Sequence record: MZ475892.1 | Length of the DNA: 64,000 nt | Reading direction: 5' to 3' (one strand) | Part shown: positions 18,278 to 27,518 of the stretch, piece after piece | How positions within the stretch are numbered: the first letter of the stretch is position 1 | Layout: each line of letters starts with the position of its first letter | The notes under the pieces: model-generated | Seen by the model: the letters and a program-made list of their open reading frames with translations, nothing else | The model's database searches: none | Told to the model about the DNA's origin: nothing | Translations under genes and position numbers: made by a program

Positions 18278-18706
18278 ATGGAACATAAAGTTGTCGTGCG
18301 TATTCTCGGACCTGTTGGCAGCGGTAAGTCTTCTGTTTACGCCAAGCTCGTTAAAGGTCTGACTGATACTGGCGCTATCATCAAACACGCAGATGAGCAA
18401 GCGTGGAATATGCTGAATAACAGCGGTGAGGTAACTTCGGCCGACACGGTTCTCGATGAGTTTCGCACCGAAGTTACCTTCGAAGAAGTTGTGATTCGTG
18501 ACGACTACACCAAGTCTAAGAATCAGATCATGCAGTTCTTCGCGTACTCGCATCTGCCGCCTAACTTGCAAGCGATCAGTAAACCGATTGCGTTGCTCGC
18601 TCAGGAGATGGACCAGAATCTGCCTGATGGTGCTGAGAGAGTCGCTGGTCTGCGTAAGCTGCTTGAAGCGAAAGACTGTCTGGTTCGTGCGCTGGTAGCC
18701 AAGTAA
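18278..18706 (+). CDS. hypothetical protein: P-loop-like N-terminus plus conserved helical-hairpin C-terminal domain
   Basis: GPVGSGKS; QFFAYSHLPPNLQAISKP...ERVAGLRKLLEAKDCLVRA. Confidence 0.75.
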   Translation: MEHKVVVRILGPVGSGKSSVYAKLVKGLTDTGAIIKHADEQAWNMLNNSGEVTSADTVLDEFRTEVTFEEVVIRDDYTKSKNQIMQFFAYSHLPPNLQAISKPIALLAQEMDQNLPDGAERVAGLRKLLEAKDCLVRALVAK

Positions 18707-18720
18707 CTCGGAGAGCAAAC

Positions 18721-19110
18721 ATGCCTAATTTTATTCGCCCTCCTTCATTACTCAAGTCAGTGCCTACGTCGTCAACTGTAGAAGCAACTGACATTTTCGC
18801 ATCACTCGCACCTATCAACAACGTAATTAACCTAAGTGCCGCTCAAGCTCTGCGCCGTGAGCAAATCGGTGCTGGTCATGTTGAGCAGTTCTCTGAGGCT
18901 ATTGGTCTGCATCCAGAAGACCCTGCTCCTGAAAATGATCTTGTCAGCGTTCCAGCGATCACTTTCTCATTTGAAGGAGATGCATGTGAGACCTGGTATT
19001 TCTGCGGACCTGAACGTACTCTAGCTGAATGGGCTGTAGTGCGTGATGCCGTTGAACAATCTTTTGTTGATAATTCATACCATCATGATATGAACTTCGA
19101 AATCAACTAA
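18721..19110 (+). CDS. hypothetical protein
   Basis: 129 aa, GGAG RBS, followed by terminator. Confidence 0.7.
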   Translation: MPNFIRPPSLLKSVPTSSTVEATDIFASLAPINNVINLSAAQALRREQIGAGHVEQFSEAIGLHPEDPAPENDLVSVPAITFSFEGDACETWYFCGPERTLAEWAVVRDAVEQSFVDNSYHHDMNFEIN

Positions 19111-19116
19111 CAACAC

Positions 19117-19142
19117 AAAGGGTGGCTTCGGCTGCCCTTTTT
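19117..19142 (+). terminator. intrinsic terminator (copy 1 of repeated cassette)
   Basis: AAAGGGTGGC-TTCG-GCTGCCCTTTTT. Confidence 0.9.
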
Positions 19143-19146
19143 CGAT

Positions 19147-19154
19147 CTGTAAAT
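19147..19154 (+). promoter_or_regulatory. CTGTAAAT candidate phage promoter
   Basis: Intergenic, right after terminator, 30 nt before ATG 19185. Confidence 0.7.
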
Positions 19155-19184
19155 AACTCGTATAACATCTAACGAGAAGCTACC

Positions 19185-19586
19185 ATGAGACCTGAAAACA
19201 TTTCACGCACCTATCGCGTCGGTCAGTCTGACCTGGAGAAAGCACACAACGTCTGCGGAGAGAACAATGTAACACTCTCAGATGTGGTACGCAGATACAT
19301 CGAAAGAATCGTACTGACTGAGGGTGAGTTCCTTATGAGCGAGCGTAAGCACGTACCTGAGTCTCAACTGAATGTACGCCTGCCCTTTTACATTGCGCAC
19401 TCCTTTGCATCTGTGTGTAAGTCTCGTGATACGTTAGCCTCTAAAACCATTCTCAACTTTGTCAGGAATATTGCTCTTTCAGGTACTATCCCTGAGGAGT
19501 TAAAGTACGCCTCAGACACAGAGTTGCGTGCCTATATTACCTCCGAGCGCTCCCGCCTCGATGCACTGGAAGCAAAACTTAAATGA
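19185..19586 (+). CDS. tandem ribbon-helix-helix DNA-binding protein
   Basis: SRTYRV...TLSDVVRRYIERI and QLNVRLP...ASKTILNFVRNI. Confidence 0.55.
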   Translation: MRPENISRTYRVGQSDLEKAHNVCGENNVTLSDVVRRYIERIVLTEGEFLMSERKHVPESQLNVRLPFYIAHSFASVCKSRDTLASKTILNFVRNIALSGTIPEELKYASDTELRAYITSERSRLDALEAKLK

Positions 19587-20422
19587 TTCTAACTAGCCCC
19601 ATTCGCTATCAGGGCAACAAGCGCACTCTGATGCCTCTTATTCTTGAACATGCGCCTGTGAAGGATTGCGTTCGCATGATAGACGCATTCGGCGGTAGCG
19701 GTACTGTTGCGCTCAACATGCCTCACAAGTTTCGCATCTACAATGAATTGAGCACGCCTGTGTTTGAGATCGTCCAGTTGCTTGCGCATCAAGATCCGAA
19801 GAAAACGTTGGGTCAGATCAAGCGTATCGTCAAGCGTTTTTGTCTAACCAATAGCAGCCAAGACAACTACGACATGTTCCGCGCGTATGTGCAGAAGAAG
19901 CCTAGCCCTCTTCACCATTACATCGCACACAGGCATGCACGCTCTAACATGCTGCGCTTCAACCAGAAAGGCATCTACAACGTGCCGTTCGGCGAGCGGG
20001 GACTGATTGGCAAGTTCGATCAGCTCGAACAGGAGCTGGTGCAGTTCCACGAGCGTATGCAGAACACGCACATCACCAACATGCGCTACAACATGTTGCT
20101 CAAGTCTGTGTCAAAGCATATCGGACCTAACACGTTCATTTACTTTGACCCTCCGTATCTTGCTAGCGGTGCGATGCAATACGGTAAGTGGACTGAGCAC
20201 AACGAACGCAACCTGCTGTCCGTACTTGAGTATCTGAATCGTCAAGGCTGCCCGTGGATGTTGAGCAACGTTCTCCAACATCGGCATCACACGAACGACC
20301 TGCTCAAACGCTGGCTAAAGAAACACGCAACGACTGTCATCTATCCTGACAAGTCTTATTCAATGGCCAACTCTCATTCCGATAGTCACAGCACTATCGA
20401 GATCCTGGCAATGAACTACTGA
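19583..20422 (+). CDS. dam: DNA adenine methyltransferase (Dam/D12 class)
   Basis: PIRYQGNK, DAFGGSG, FNQKGIYNVPFG, YFDPPY. Confidence 0.92.
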   Translation: MILTSPIRYQGNKRTLMPLILEHAPVKDCVRMIDAFGGSGTVALNMPHKFRIYNELSTPVFEIVQLLAHQDPKKTLGQIKRIVKRFCLTNSSQDNYDMFRAYVQKKPSPLHHYIAHRHARSNMLRFNQKGIYNVPFGERGLIGKFDQLEQELVQFHERMQNTHITNMRYNMLLKSVSKHIGPNTFIYFDPPYLASGAMQYGKWTEHNERNLLSVLEYLNRQGCPWMLSNVLQHRHHTNDLLKRWLKKHATTVIYPDKSYSMANSHSDSHSTIEILAMNY

Positions 20423-20429
20423 GGTGCAT

Positions 20430-20894
20430 ATGAACAAGATTGAAGAACTGCGCAGCCGTCTTGCTGCTGCATTGGGCTTTCGTGTTAAGTCTTTAAACGG
20501 TGCTGACCACTACGTTGACGGCGATGATGTTCTCGGCCTAGTCGAGCAGTGGCTGCCAGATGAGCCTCAGCACATCCTTGCAGTTATTGAGCGCTATGGG
20601 CTGAAAGTCGAACGTATGGTCAAAGAAGGCACTCGCCCTCGGCCCGGTGAAGAGCCTGTGTTCGTTTTCTGTGTGAGATCAAAGACTCTGGTGTACCGCA
20701 GCCTATCTGAGAGTAATCTCGCACGTAGTAGTCTGCCTTACGTATCAGGCAACACCCTGACTGAGGCTGTTCTCCTGTGGGCTGTGTTACGTGCAGAGCG
20801 CATTGTTGAATATAAGGCCGACCCACTAATGTCTAGCGCCTACAACTTCGACCGACTGGAAGAGCTGGTATACATAACGCGGTTTGGAGAATAA
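20430..20894 (+). CDS. hypothetical protein
   Basis: 154 aa, GAGG RBS. Confidence 0.7.
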   Translation: MNKIEELRSRLAAALGFRVKSLNGADHYVDGDDVLGLVEQWLPDEPQHILAVIERYGLKVERMVKEGTRPRPGEEPVFVFCVRSKTLVYRSLSESNLARSSLPYVSGNTLTEAVLLWAVLRAERIVEYKADPLMSSAYNFDRLEELVYITRFGE

Positions 20895-20895
20895 A

Positions 20896-21198
20896 ATGGA
20901 GGCACCAGAAGGTACTAACTTAAAGCTGTGGTCTATTGCGAAGCGTATGGACAGAGTGCTTGAACATGTGGCAAGAGAAGCATGGTTCGTGTCCGGCGAT
21001 CCAAAAGACACCTGCGGCGCTGTTGCGTGGGCGGGCAACTTTGATGATGAGTCTTTGATCGCGCATATTGAAATGCGTGCTGCCCAGATTGAAGAACGCC
21101 GTCGATACACAACACGTATCAGACAGGGCTCTACTGCTTATACGGTAGCGTTAGAGAATCATGCAGACGCTATCTATGCTAAGTATGGTCGAACATGA
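20896..21198 (+). CDS. hypothetical protein
   Basis: GGAG RBS before ATG 20896. Confidence 0.7.
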   Translation: MEAPEGTNLKLWSIAKRMDRVLEHVAREAWFVSGDPKDTCGAVAWAGNFDDESLIAHIEMRAAQIEERRRYTTRIRQGSTAYTVALENHADAIYAKYGRT

Positions 21199-21503
21199 TG
21201 GACATACTGAACGTCCTTGATACACGCATCATTCAATACGAAGATCTTGTCTATGCGTTAGGCCGTAAGTATCGCACGTCTCAAGGTCAATGGGGTGCGC
21301 TTGCCCCTTTCTCTCATGCAGGTCAAGCCCGTAAGATATTCATTTCACGAACCCGTGCAGCCTATAGAAGTTTGCGTACATGGGCACAGGAGCCTATGAA
21401 CATTGAAGTGGCTTACTATGAGATTCGCATATTGCTCAAGCATCCTATCGCGCAAGAAATAGAGCATCTGTCTGAATCTGTAAAGAAACCTAAAGCCATC
21501 TAA
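21195..21503 (+). CDS. hypothetical protein
   Basis: 102 aa, ATGA overlap. Confidence 0.65.
   Translation: MMDILNVLDTRIIQYEDLVYALGRKYRTSQGQWGALAPFSHAGQARKIFISRTRAAYRSLRTWAQEPMNIEVAYYEIRILLKHPIAQEIEHLSESVKKPKAI
21478..21485 (+). promoter_or_regulatory. CTGTAAAG variant promoter motif
   Basis: 30 nt before ATG 21515. Confidence 0.45.
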
Positions 21504-21504
21504 T

Positions 21505-22250
21505 TGAGGTCAGTATGGAATACACCTTAGAAGAACAACTCAAAGCCTTGTCTCAAATTCGTATCGATCAGATTCAGGCCTTTGATCATATAGCTCGTCT
21601 GGTGCTGAGAAGCATGGACCCAGTAGCTCACACAGAACAATGGCGGTCTCATGTATGTGAAGCTATGGGTCTCGATTATTCATTGTGGCCATACTACAAT
21701 GAACTGTCCAACTTCATGGTGAGTGGTATGCCTCCGTGCTTGGTTATGTTGCAGATAGCATGTACAACGTTTGTGGGTGCTGACGTGCGGGAGACAATAG
21801 CTCGCTTCTCCTCAGTTGATGCAGAGACTGCGCTCAATGCCATGGAGTTTGGCAACAAGTGGCGTGCAGACAATCAGCGAATCATCTACACAATGAAAGC
21901 CATTGATGATCTGCTTGTTTTGTATTCGTCGCTTGTGTCAGATGAAGATGCAGAGGCGGACGAAAGTCGTTGTATAGGATATCCTGGTATGCCTAACATG
22001 CATCCGTATCTGAACATGATCTTCCAGTTGATTGAAGATCATAATATGGTAATTGATGGCCGTTGGCGCACACCTGCTGAGTGGTTCAATCAACCTAAGC
22101 GCGACTTTGCGCTGATGTACCCGCCGAATCTTTCTGAACAGCATAACGCTATCATTAAAACGGAAGTTGGCACTATCTATCTCACCAAAGCGCCAAAGCG
22201 CGGTGATACCAACTCTAACCATTTACGCTCCGTCTGAGGTCAGTATGGAA
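21505..22250 (+). repeat. 16-nt direct repeat TGAGGTCAGTATGGAA at 21505-21520 and 22235-22250
   Basis: Identical RBS, spacer and first two codons on two consecutive genes. Confidence 0.85.
21515..22237 (+). CDS. hypothetical protein
   Basis: 240 aa, GAGG RBS. Confidence 0.8.
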   Translation: MEYTLEEQLKALSQIRIDQIQAFDHIARLVLRSMDPVAHTEQWRSHVCEAMGLDYSLWPYYNELSNFMVSGMPPCLVMLQIACTTFVGADVRETIARFSSVDAETALNAMEFGNKWRADNQRIIYTMKAIDDLLVLYSSLVSDEDAEADESRCIGYPGMPNMHPYLNMIFQLIEDHNMVIDGRWRTPAEWFNQPKRDFALMYPPNLSEQHNAIIKTEVGTIYLTKAPKRGDTNSNHLRSV

Positions 22251-22988
22251 CACGAAGAAAACATTGCAGATCGTCCTGACGTTATCGTTAACGGTTTTCA
22301 GTTCAACGATGCTAACACGAAGCTGCTGGCGTATGCGCTTAATCTCCATCGTCTGGGTGCAAAGATTGGTCCTGAGTTTTGGGCACAACACATCATTAGT
22401 GATGTTGTAGAACAGTCCGATGACGGCTTCGACAAACTTGCAGGCGTAGACGAACCTACTCGCCCTATTACGTCTTCTGATTTGCTTATGCATCAACTGA
22501 CTGTTGTAGGTCCTGTTATCACTCGCCGTGACTTCTGCCTGTTCGACAGCCTTGAGAAGTGCCGGAAGGATGCTGCTATTGTTCTGGAAGCTCTAGGCAG
22601 AGGTCTGCTGCATGTGCATGGCTCAATGATTGAGATCTGGGCAATCACCTCAGGCAGTCCTGTTAAAGTGTTGACTGAAAAGCAGATGACAAGCCTTGGT
22701 CGTGCTACGCTGCGTTATCTCACCAGTAGCGCTAAGCTGGACGAACAGGACGAGCGGGTGTCTGTAGCTACGGTACATGCCGACTCTGAGCCTGTGCTGA
22801 TTCATGTGCCTACAACGCCAATCGATCAGTACGTGTTTAGCGGCAGTTGGACGCATGTGTCTCATCTCGGTCCTCGTGCTGATAAGCTGCGTCTGTGGTA
22901 TTACAACCACCAGCTCACGCGCTTCCGTATGCAGCAACTGCTGAACATCTTCCTCACGCTCGATTTCCCCGAAAAGTTTAAGGCTTGA
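22245..22988 (+). CDS. hypothetical protein
   Basis: ATG 22245 with GAGG RBS. Confidence 0.8.
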   Translation: MEHEENIADRPDVIVNGFQFNDANTKLLAYALNLHRLGAKIGPEFWAQHIISDVVEQSDDGFDKLAGVDEPTRPITSSDLLMHQLTVVGPVITRRDFCLFDSLEKCRKDAAIVLEALGRGLLHVHGSMIEIWAITSGSPVKVLTEKQMTSLGRATLRYLTSSAKLDEQDERVSVATVHADSEPVLIHVPTTPIDQYVFSGSWTHVSHLGPRADKLRLWYYNHQLTRFRMQQLLNIFLTLDFPEKFKA

Positions 22989-22990
22989 TT

Positions 22991-23335
22991 ATGTCCATTG
23001 CGCTCGTTGTAGAAATGAATCATGTGGAACAGATTGACACTGGTTACGAGAACAGTCCTATCTTTCGCATTCAGTACATCGCAGACAAATCGGTAGCTCC
23101 TGCTGATTATATCCGCGAAAAGCTCGTACCGAAAGCATTCCCGTTCGGTGTGGACAAAGCAGTAGTGCAAGGCCATGACTATATGGTGCTTACTGCTATC
23201 ATCGACGGTACTGAGCACGATGTTTGTCCTGGGGATCTGCTCGTCTATCACGTTGGTGGTCGTGTGACGTATATCGCAGGCGCCACCAAAGACTGTCTCG
23301 TAATCAACGGAGACGGAACAATTGTCATCAGTTAA
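22991..23335 (+). CDS. hypothetical protein
   Basis: 114 aa. Confidence 0.65.
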   Translation: MSIALVVEMNHVEQIDTGYENSPIFRIQYIADKSVAPADYIREKLVPKAFPFGVDKAVVQGHDYMVLTAIIDGTEHDVCPGDLLVYHVGGRVTYIAGATKDCLVINGDGTIVIS

Positions 23336-23720
23336 TCAGTTACGTGATCAATTGACCGAAGCTGAATACGCAGAACTTGAGCGCACGACAGCACGGTCAA
23401 TCATGGAACAAGTGTGGGCACTACGCGGCTGGACGGTTAAGCTCGACTGGTGCAACTATATGTGCGACGACGTTGATTGGTTATTCCATGGTAATGAACG
23501 TAAAGCACCGGTTGATCACGCTATGCCGAATTCTGGTGTTGGCACTAGCATTGAGCAGCATCGCCTTAATGTCGTGTTTACTCCTACTGAGGTTAGCGTT
23601 ACGAACTCACTGGTAGACAGCCCTGTCACGGGCACTGGTATGTCACTGCGCTGTGCTTACTGCGCGTGGCTTTTAGCAATCGAAAAACAAAAGGCTGCCA
23701 ATGCGCTGCAATCTGACTGA
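23322..23720 (+). CDS. hypothetical protein
   Basis: 132 aa, start uncertain. Confidence 0.6.
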   Translation: MSSVNQLRDQLTEAEYAELERTTARSIMEQVWALRGWTVKLDWCNYMCDDVDWLFHGNERKAPVDHAMPNSGVGTSIEQHRLNVVFTPTEVSVTNSLVDSPVTGTGMSLRCAYCAWLLAIEKQKAANALQSD

Positions 23721-24216
23721 ACTGCCTATCAAACTCGATCAGGCTGAAAACATTATGGGCAGCGTGTTTGCGCTTGCTGCTGGCTCTAAGTCCAAACGCC
23801 GTGCTACTGCTGCAATGCTCATCCATTTCCATGAAGGCTACCCTACGATCATCAGTAGTGGTGTCAATGGTACTGTGCCTGGTGAAAGCAACGTGTGTGA
23901 GAATGAAGACCTCACTCTGACGTTTGCTCACGTCACCCACGCAGAAGCTAACTGCCTCAATCGCATGGACGAATACAGTCTGTGGCCAGAAGAAGAGGAC
24001 ATCCTGTTTTGTACTGACAGCCCCTGTCCTGATTGTTTGCAGCAACTCGAATCTGCTGGTGTGCAGACCATCGTTTATGCGCGTGAATACAGACTCACAG
24101 AGCACCTGGATAAGTCTGCTATTCGCATGTATTGTCTCGATATTGAGAACGTGAGGGCGTCTTTGCTGAAATCTGTAAATCGTATAGACGAAGTGATTGC
24201 AACCACACCTACTTAA
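23701..24216 (+). CDS. dCMP deaminase
   Basis: SSGVNGT, HAEAN, TDSPCPDC Zn-binding motifs, IVYAREYR. Confidence 0.92.
   Translation: MRCNLTELPIKLDQAENIMGSVFALAAGSKSKRRATAAMLIHFHEGYPTIISSGVNGTVPGESNVCENEDLTLTFAHVTHAEANCLNRMDEYSLWPEEEDILFCTDSPCPDCLQQLESAGVQTIVYAREYRLTEHLDKSAIRMYCLDIENVRASLLKSVNRIDEVIATTPT
24173..24180 (+). promoter_or_regulatory. CTGTAAAT candidate phage promoter
   Basis: About 55 nt before ATG 24234. Confidence 0.55.
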
Positions 24217-24233
24217 ATACCATAAGGATTGTC

Positions 24234-24914
24234 ATGATGGACAAGAATCTGACTATTGAGTTTTTTGCGCCCCGCATTGAAGGAAAGACAGTGCATGTTG
24301 GACCTAAGCCTATCGATGCACCTTCCTGGGAAGAGCAAATGGCTACTGTGTCTGGTGAGCCTACTGCACAGATGCGCCAGCGTGCGTTTGACCGCATGGA
24401 TAAGGAATTCAAATTCACTATTCAAGACATTGCAGATTCTTTGGACTGTCGTGACAATTCTTCCAGTCCTACAGGTCGTATTCAAGACCCGTATCGCCCG
24501 CGTCTGCAAAACATCAATCTTCGTCCTGAACAGGCCGCAGTGCTACGTGAAGTAATGAGTCCTCCTCGCCACATGGGTGGCCTGCCTGTTGAGTTAATGC
24601 AGGGAACTGAGTCTTCTCTTAATGCCCGCGCTCTCTTTGAGCATACCAAAGAGCATTTTCGTAAGGAAGGACCTATCGTTACGATTGATAGTATCCCTGT
24701 TGAGTTCACACAGAAAGGTGATGACAGTATCGTCATTGCAGAAGATAAGATCGGTCAACAGGCGTGGGGGCGCACGCTTCGTATCGACTATGAATCACGT
24801 TCTGACTGGTCGATGAATCGCACCAACCGAGCCGCAACGCCTGCTAAAAGCCGCAGCAAACTTCGCGCAAAGGGTCGTGCTCAAAAGCAAGCACGCAAGC
24901 GCCAAAGAGGATAA
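24234..24914 (+). CDS. hypothetical protein with Arg/Lys-rich C-terminus
   Basis: 226 aa, AAGGA RBS. Confidence 0.75.
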   Translation: MMDKNLTIEFFAPRIEGKTVHVGPKPIDAPSWEEQMATVSGEPTAQMRQRAFDRMDKEFKFTIQDIADSLDCRDNSSSPTGRIQDPYRPRLQNINLRPEQAAVLREVMSPPRHMGGLPVELMQGTESSLNARALFEHTKEHFRKEGPIVTIDSIPVEFTQKGDDSIVIAEDKIGQQAWGRTLRIDYESRSDWSMNRTNRAATPAKSRSKLRAKGRAQKQARKRQRG

Positions 24915-24919
24915 CAACA

Positions 24920-25417
24920 ATGAGCGACATTAATCAATTACGCCGCAACTGGTTACAGTCTATGGACGTGCCTGAAGAGCTGGTGGACAAAGTATGCGGC
25001 ACTGACATTGAACAGCAAGATCTGTTTGAAAGTCTAAGCGCACAGCAACAACGCAAAGTAACGATCGGCCTTGCGCTGCTTCATCTGCAAGTGCCTGATG
25101 AAATTCGTTTCGATTTGCTCACCAATCATCTGGACGAGACTGAGCGTTTGGTCAAAGAGCAATTCGAAGAACTGGCAGCACGTCTCGTTAATCAAGTGAC
25201 GCAGACGGGTTCACCGGAGAAGCAATCAATGACAGGCGGTGTTCGTTTAGCAATGCTGATGAACATCCTTGGCTTTGATGATACTACGCTGCACGGTATC
25301 ATGTCAAACCCCAGCTTGATGCGTCAGGCGGGCCTTGTTGCTATGACTGGCCTTCAAGATATGGGACAGAAAATACAGCAACTTTACGACGGAAATAAAA
25401 GCAATGAGCCAAAATGA
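24920..25417 (+). CDS. hypothetical protein
   Basis: 165 aa, GAGGA RBS. Confidence 0.75.
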   Translation: MSDINQLRRNWLQSMDVPEELVDKVCGTDIEQQDLFESLSAQQQRKVTIGLALLHLQVPDEIRFDLLTNHLDETERLVKEQFEELAARLVNQVTQTGSPEKQSMTGGVRLAMLMNILGFDDTTLHGIMSNPSLMRQAGLVAMTGLQDMGQKIQQLYDGNKSNEPK

Positions 25418-25541
25418 ATTAGACGATTTCGACATTCCTGATCTGGACGAAGCCGAACAACGCGCAGAAGCTAAGCGTGATGGTGGTGGGGAAGTTGTCG
25501 AAGCATCTGATGAATGTGAAGGCGGCGCCTGCAAAATCTAA
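25404..25541 (+). CDS. 45-aa acidic peptide ending in RNR-alpha-like redox tail (CEGGACKI)
   Basis: Translated by hand: MSQNELDDFDIPDLDEAEQRAEAKRDGGGEVVEASDECEGGACKI; overlaps previous stop; absent from ORF track (under 60 aa). Confidence 0.75.
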   Translation: MSQNELDDFDIPDLDEAEQRAEAKRDGGGEVVEASDECEGGACKI

Positions 25542-25585
25542 TTCATGGGGCCTTGTGCCCCATTTCTGTTTCTCGGAGAGATGCT

Positions 25586-26038
25586 ATGTCTATTTTATAC
25601 TCCAACCTTACGCCTGCGGAGCGTGATAGTTTTCGTGCGCATATTCACCAGTGGTATCAGTTGAGCGCCCAGAAGTCTGCATATCTCGATCTGATGGACC
25701 GTGTTGATGAAATTCTCGGTAGTATTGTCAGGGAGTTTGCCAACATACAGGTTGCGGACACTACTCAGATTCGCATCGACCTTGCCTTAGAAGAGTGGGC
25801 TGCTAAATATCCTAGATGCATTGCGTTTCGTGACCGTTCTGCCTTCTGGGTGAAGGTCTCATTCAAAGAGTGGCTGAATAGCACAACCCTATATGTGGAG
25901 CGTTCTCATTCGCTGCGTGACCTGAGTGCAGGTACTTGTTATGGCGTTGATGCAGTAGACACTCACGATTGGACAGATACTGTTTTGGTAAAGGCCTACC
26001 AAGATGTAGAACAACATAAAATGCGACGAGGCGTCTGA
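25586..26038 (+). CDS. hypothetical protein
   Basis: 150 aa, GGAG RBS. Confidence 0.7.
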   Translation: MSILYSNLTPAERDSFRAHIHQWYQLSAQKSAYLDLMDRVDEILGSIVREFANIQVADTTQIRIDLALEEWAAKYPRCIAFRDRSAFWVKVSFKEWLNSTTLYVERSHSLRDLSAGTCYGVDAVDTHDWTDTVLVKAYQDVEQHKMRRGV

Positions 26039-26568
26039 TGGAGATCGGCTATCGCTGTGTCAACTGCCGTCACGTCTATCAAGACATTATCGGCAAGTGT
26101 GATTGCAACAACGACAAGTTCGTGTTCAAACGCGTTGCAATCATTGATGTGCCTGATGAGGAAGAAGAGATTCCTCAACTGAATGAGTTGCATCATTCAC
26201 GCGGTCCTCGTTTAGTTAACTACCGCAATGGCAGTTCGTGGAATGGCGTGTATGAGTATCAAGGCCTGCATGAGAACGGCCGACCTCGCGTAGGCATTCT
26301 CGGTAACATGGGCAGTAGCTATGACCACGTAGAGACTACCATTGATTTCAATAACCGTAACATGCAGGCTAACTGTGTTCTGACTGCCGCTAGCCCCGAG
26401 TTGTTGGAAGTTGCCTACATGTGCTACAACTATTTCAATACGAAACGCAAGGTGCAGGGCAACAGCCCTAAAACTGAAATGCGTATCAAACTAATCGCGC
26501 AGGCTATTCACGCTGCGACTGACCTTTCCGTATACAAGGAACCGCAAGATGCTCCAGTATCTAAGTGA
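26038..26568 (+). CDS. hypothetical protein with N-terminal Cys cluster
   Basis: CVNC...CDC, 176 aa. Confidence 0.7.
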   Translation: MEIGYRCVNCRHVYQDIIGKCDCNNDKFVFKRVAIIDVPDEEEEIPQLNELHHSRGPRLVNYRNGSSWNGVYEYQGLHENGRPRVGILGNMGSSYDHVETTIDFNNRNMQANCVLTAASPELLEVAYMCYNYFNTKRKVQGNSPKTEMRIKLIAQAIHAATDLSVYKEPQDAPVSK

Positions 26569-27190
26569 CCCGCATTTTATGACGCGCCTTCTGTGCGCAG
26601 TAATTCTGATTATCGTTGCTTATCTGATTTGGCAGAAATTGAAGATCAGACGCGCAGAGAGCATGAACAACTACCGCGCTTCGTTGGCGGTACGTGCCGG
26701 TGATTTCAATTTCGGGCGTTGCTGGCGTCATCGCAGTTCGGGCCGTGATTACGTTATACTGTGGATGACCAACCTTACTGCTAACAAGCAGGGCTGGGAA
26801 GTTATGGTAACGTACACAAACAACCATCGCGATCTGTACACGCGTCCTGTGTCGCAGTTCTACGCTAAGTTCCGTCGTATGCCTGACTCTGATAGTGTGA
26901 AAGACCTGTCGCTGTCTGAGCTGCTTACTCTGGCTACAGCTAACTGTAAGATGCGCGTACCACTTGCGGGTGAGACGTGGGTTCGTGAAACCTCGTTGAA
27001 TCTTAATGGCACGGAAGGTTCGTCCATCACAGAAGCCACAATCACTGACGTGTTGGCGCTTGACACGTCTCGTCCTGTTGTCACGTATACTGTAAATGGT
27101 AAACACACAGCAATGCTGATGTATGTTTTCCTCGCTGATTTCAAACTAAAGGAAGTGCAACGTGAGCAACAACCAAAAGTTACCGCCTAA
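26549..27190 (+). CDS. membrane-anchored protein with DUF1653-like domain
   Basis: N-terminal TM (LLCAVILIIVAYLIW); WRHRSSGRDY...VMVTY...YTRPVSQF. Confidence 0.6.
   Translation: MLQYLSDPHFMTRLLCAVILIIVAYLIWQKLKIRRAESMNNYRASLAVRAGDFNFGRCWRHRSSGRDYVILWMTNLTANKQGWEVMVTYTNNHRDLYTRPVSQFYAKFRRMPDSDSVKDLSLSELLTLATANCKMRVPLAGETWVRETSLNLNGTEGSSITEATITDVLALDTSRPVVTYTVNGKHTAMLMYVFLADFKLKEVQREQQPKVTA
27090..27097 (+). promoter_or_regulatory. CTGTAAAT candidate phage promoter
   Basis: About 65 nt before GTG 27162. Confidence 0.5.
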
Positions 27191-27518
27191 CGTTTTCAAA
27201 TACGTGATGTTCTTGCTGGTCAAAGACGAGCGCACGAACAAAGATCGCACGCATATCCCTATAATCTTCCCACGTCATATCATGCACAGTGATATGGGCG
27301 ATGAGATGCGCGGCTATGCGATACATAACGGTTACGTGGAGAATCGTTACCACCAGACAATGGAACCTGTTAGCGCAGGCTTTGTTGATCTCAACACACT
27401 GTCGTGCTTTGGTGAGTCTGAGTCTATGGAACTCAAGTCTCGTCCAGAAGAAGACAGCCTAATCCTTCGTGAGTATTTCAAAGATGATGGAAAACTTCCT
27501 GAAGTACCTGTGGAGTGA
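27162..27518 (+). CDS. hypothetical protein
   Basis: 118 aa, AAGGA RBS, GTG start. Confidence 0.7.
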   Translation: MSNNQKLPPNVFKYVMFLLVKDERTNKDRTHIPIIFPRHIMHSDMGDEMRGYAIHNGYVENRYHQTMEPVSAGFVDLNTLSCFGESESMELKSRPEEDSLILREYFKDDGKLPEVPVE

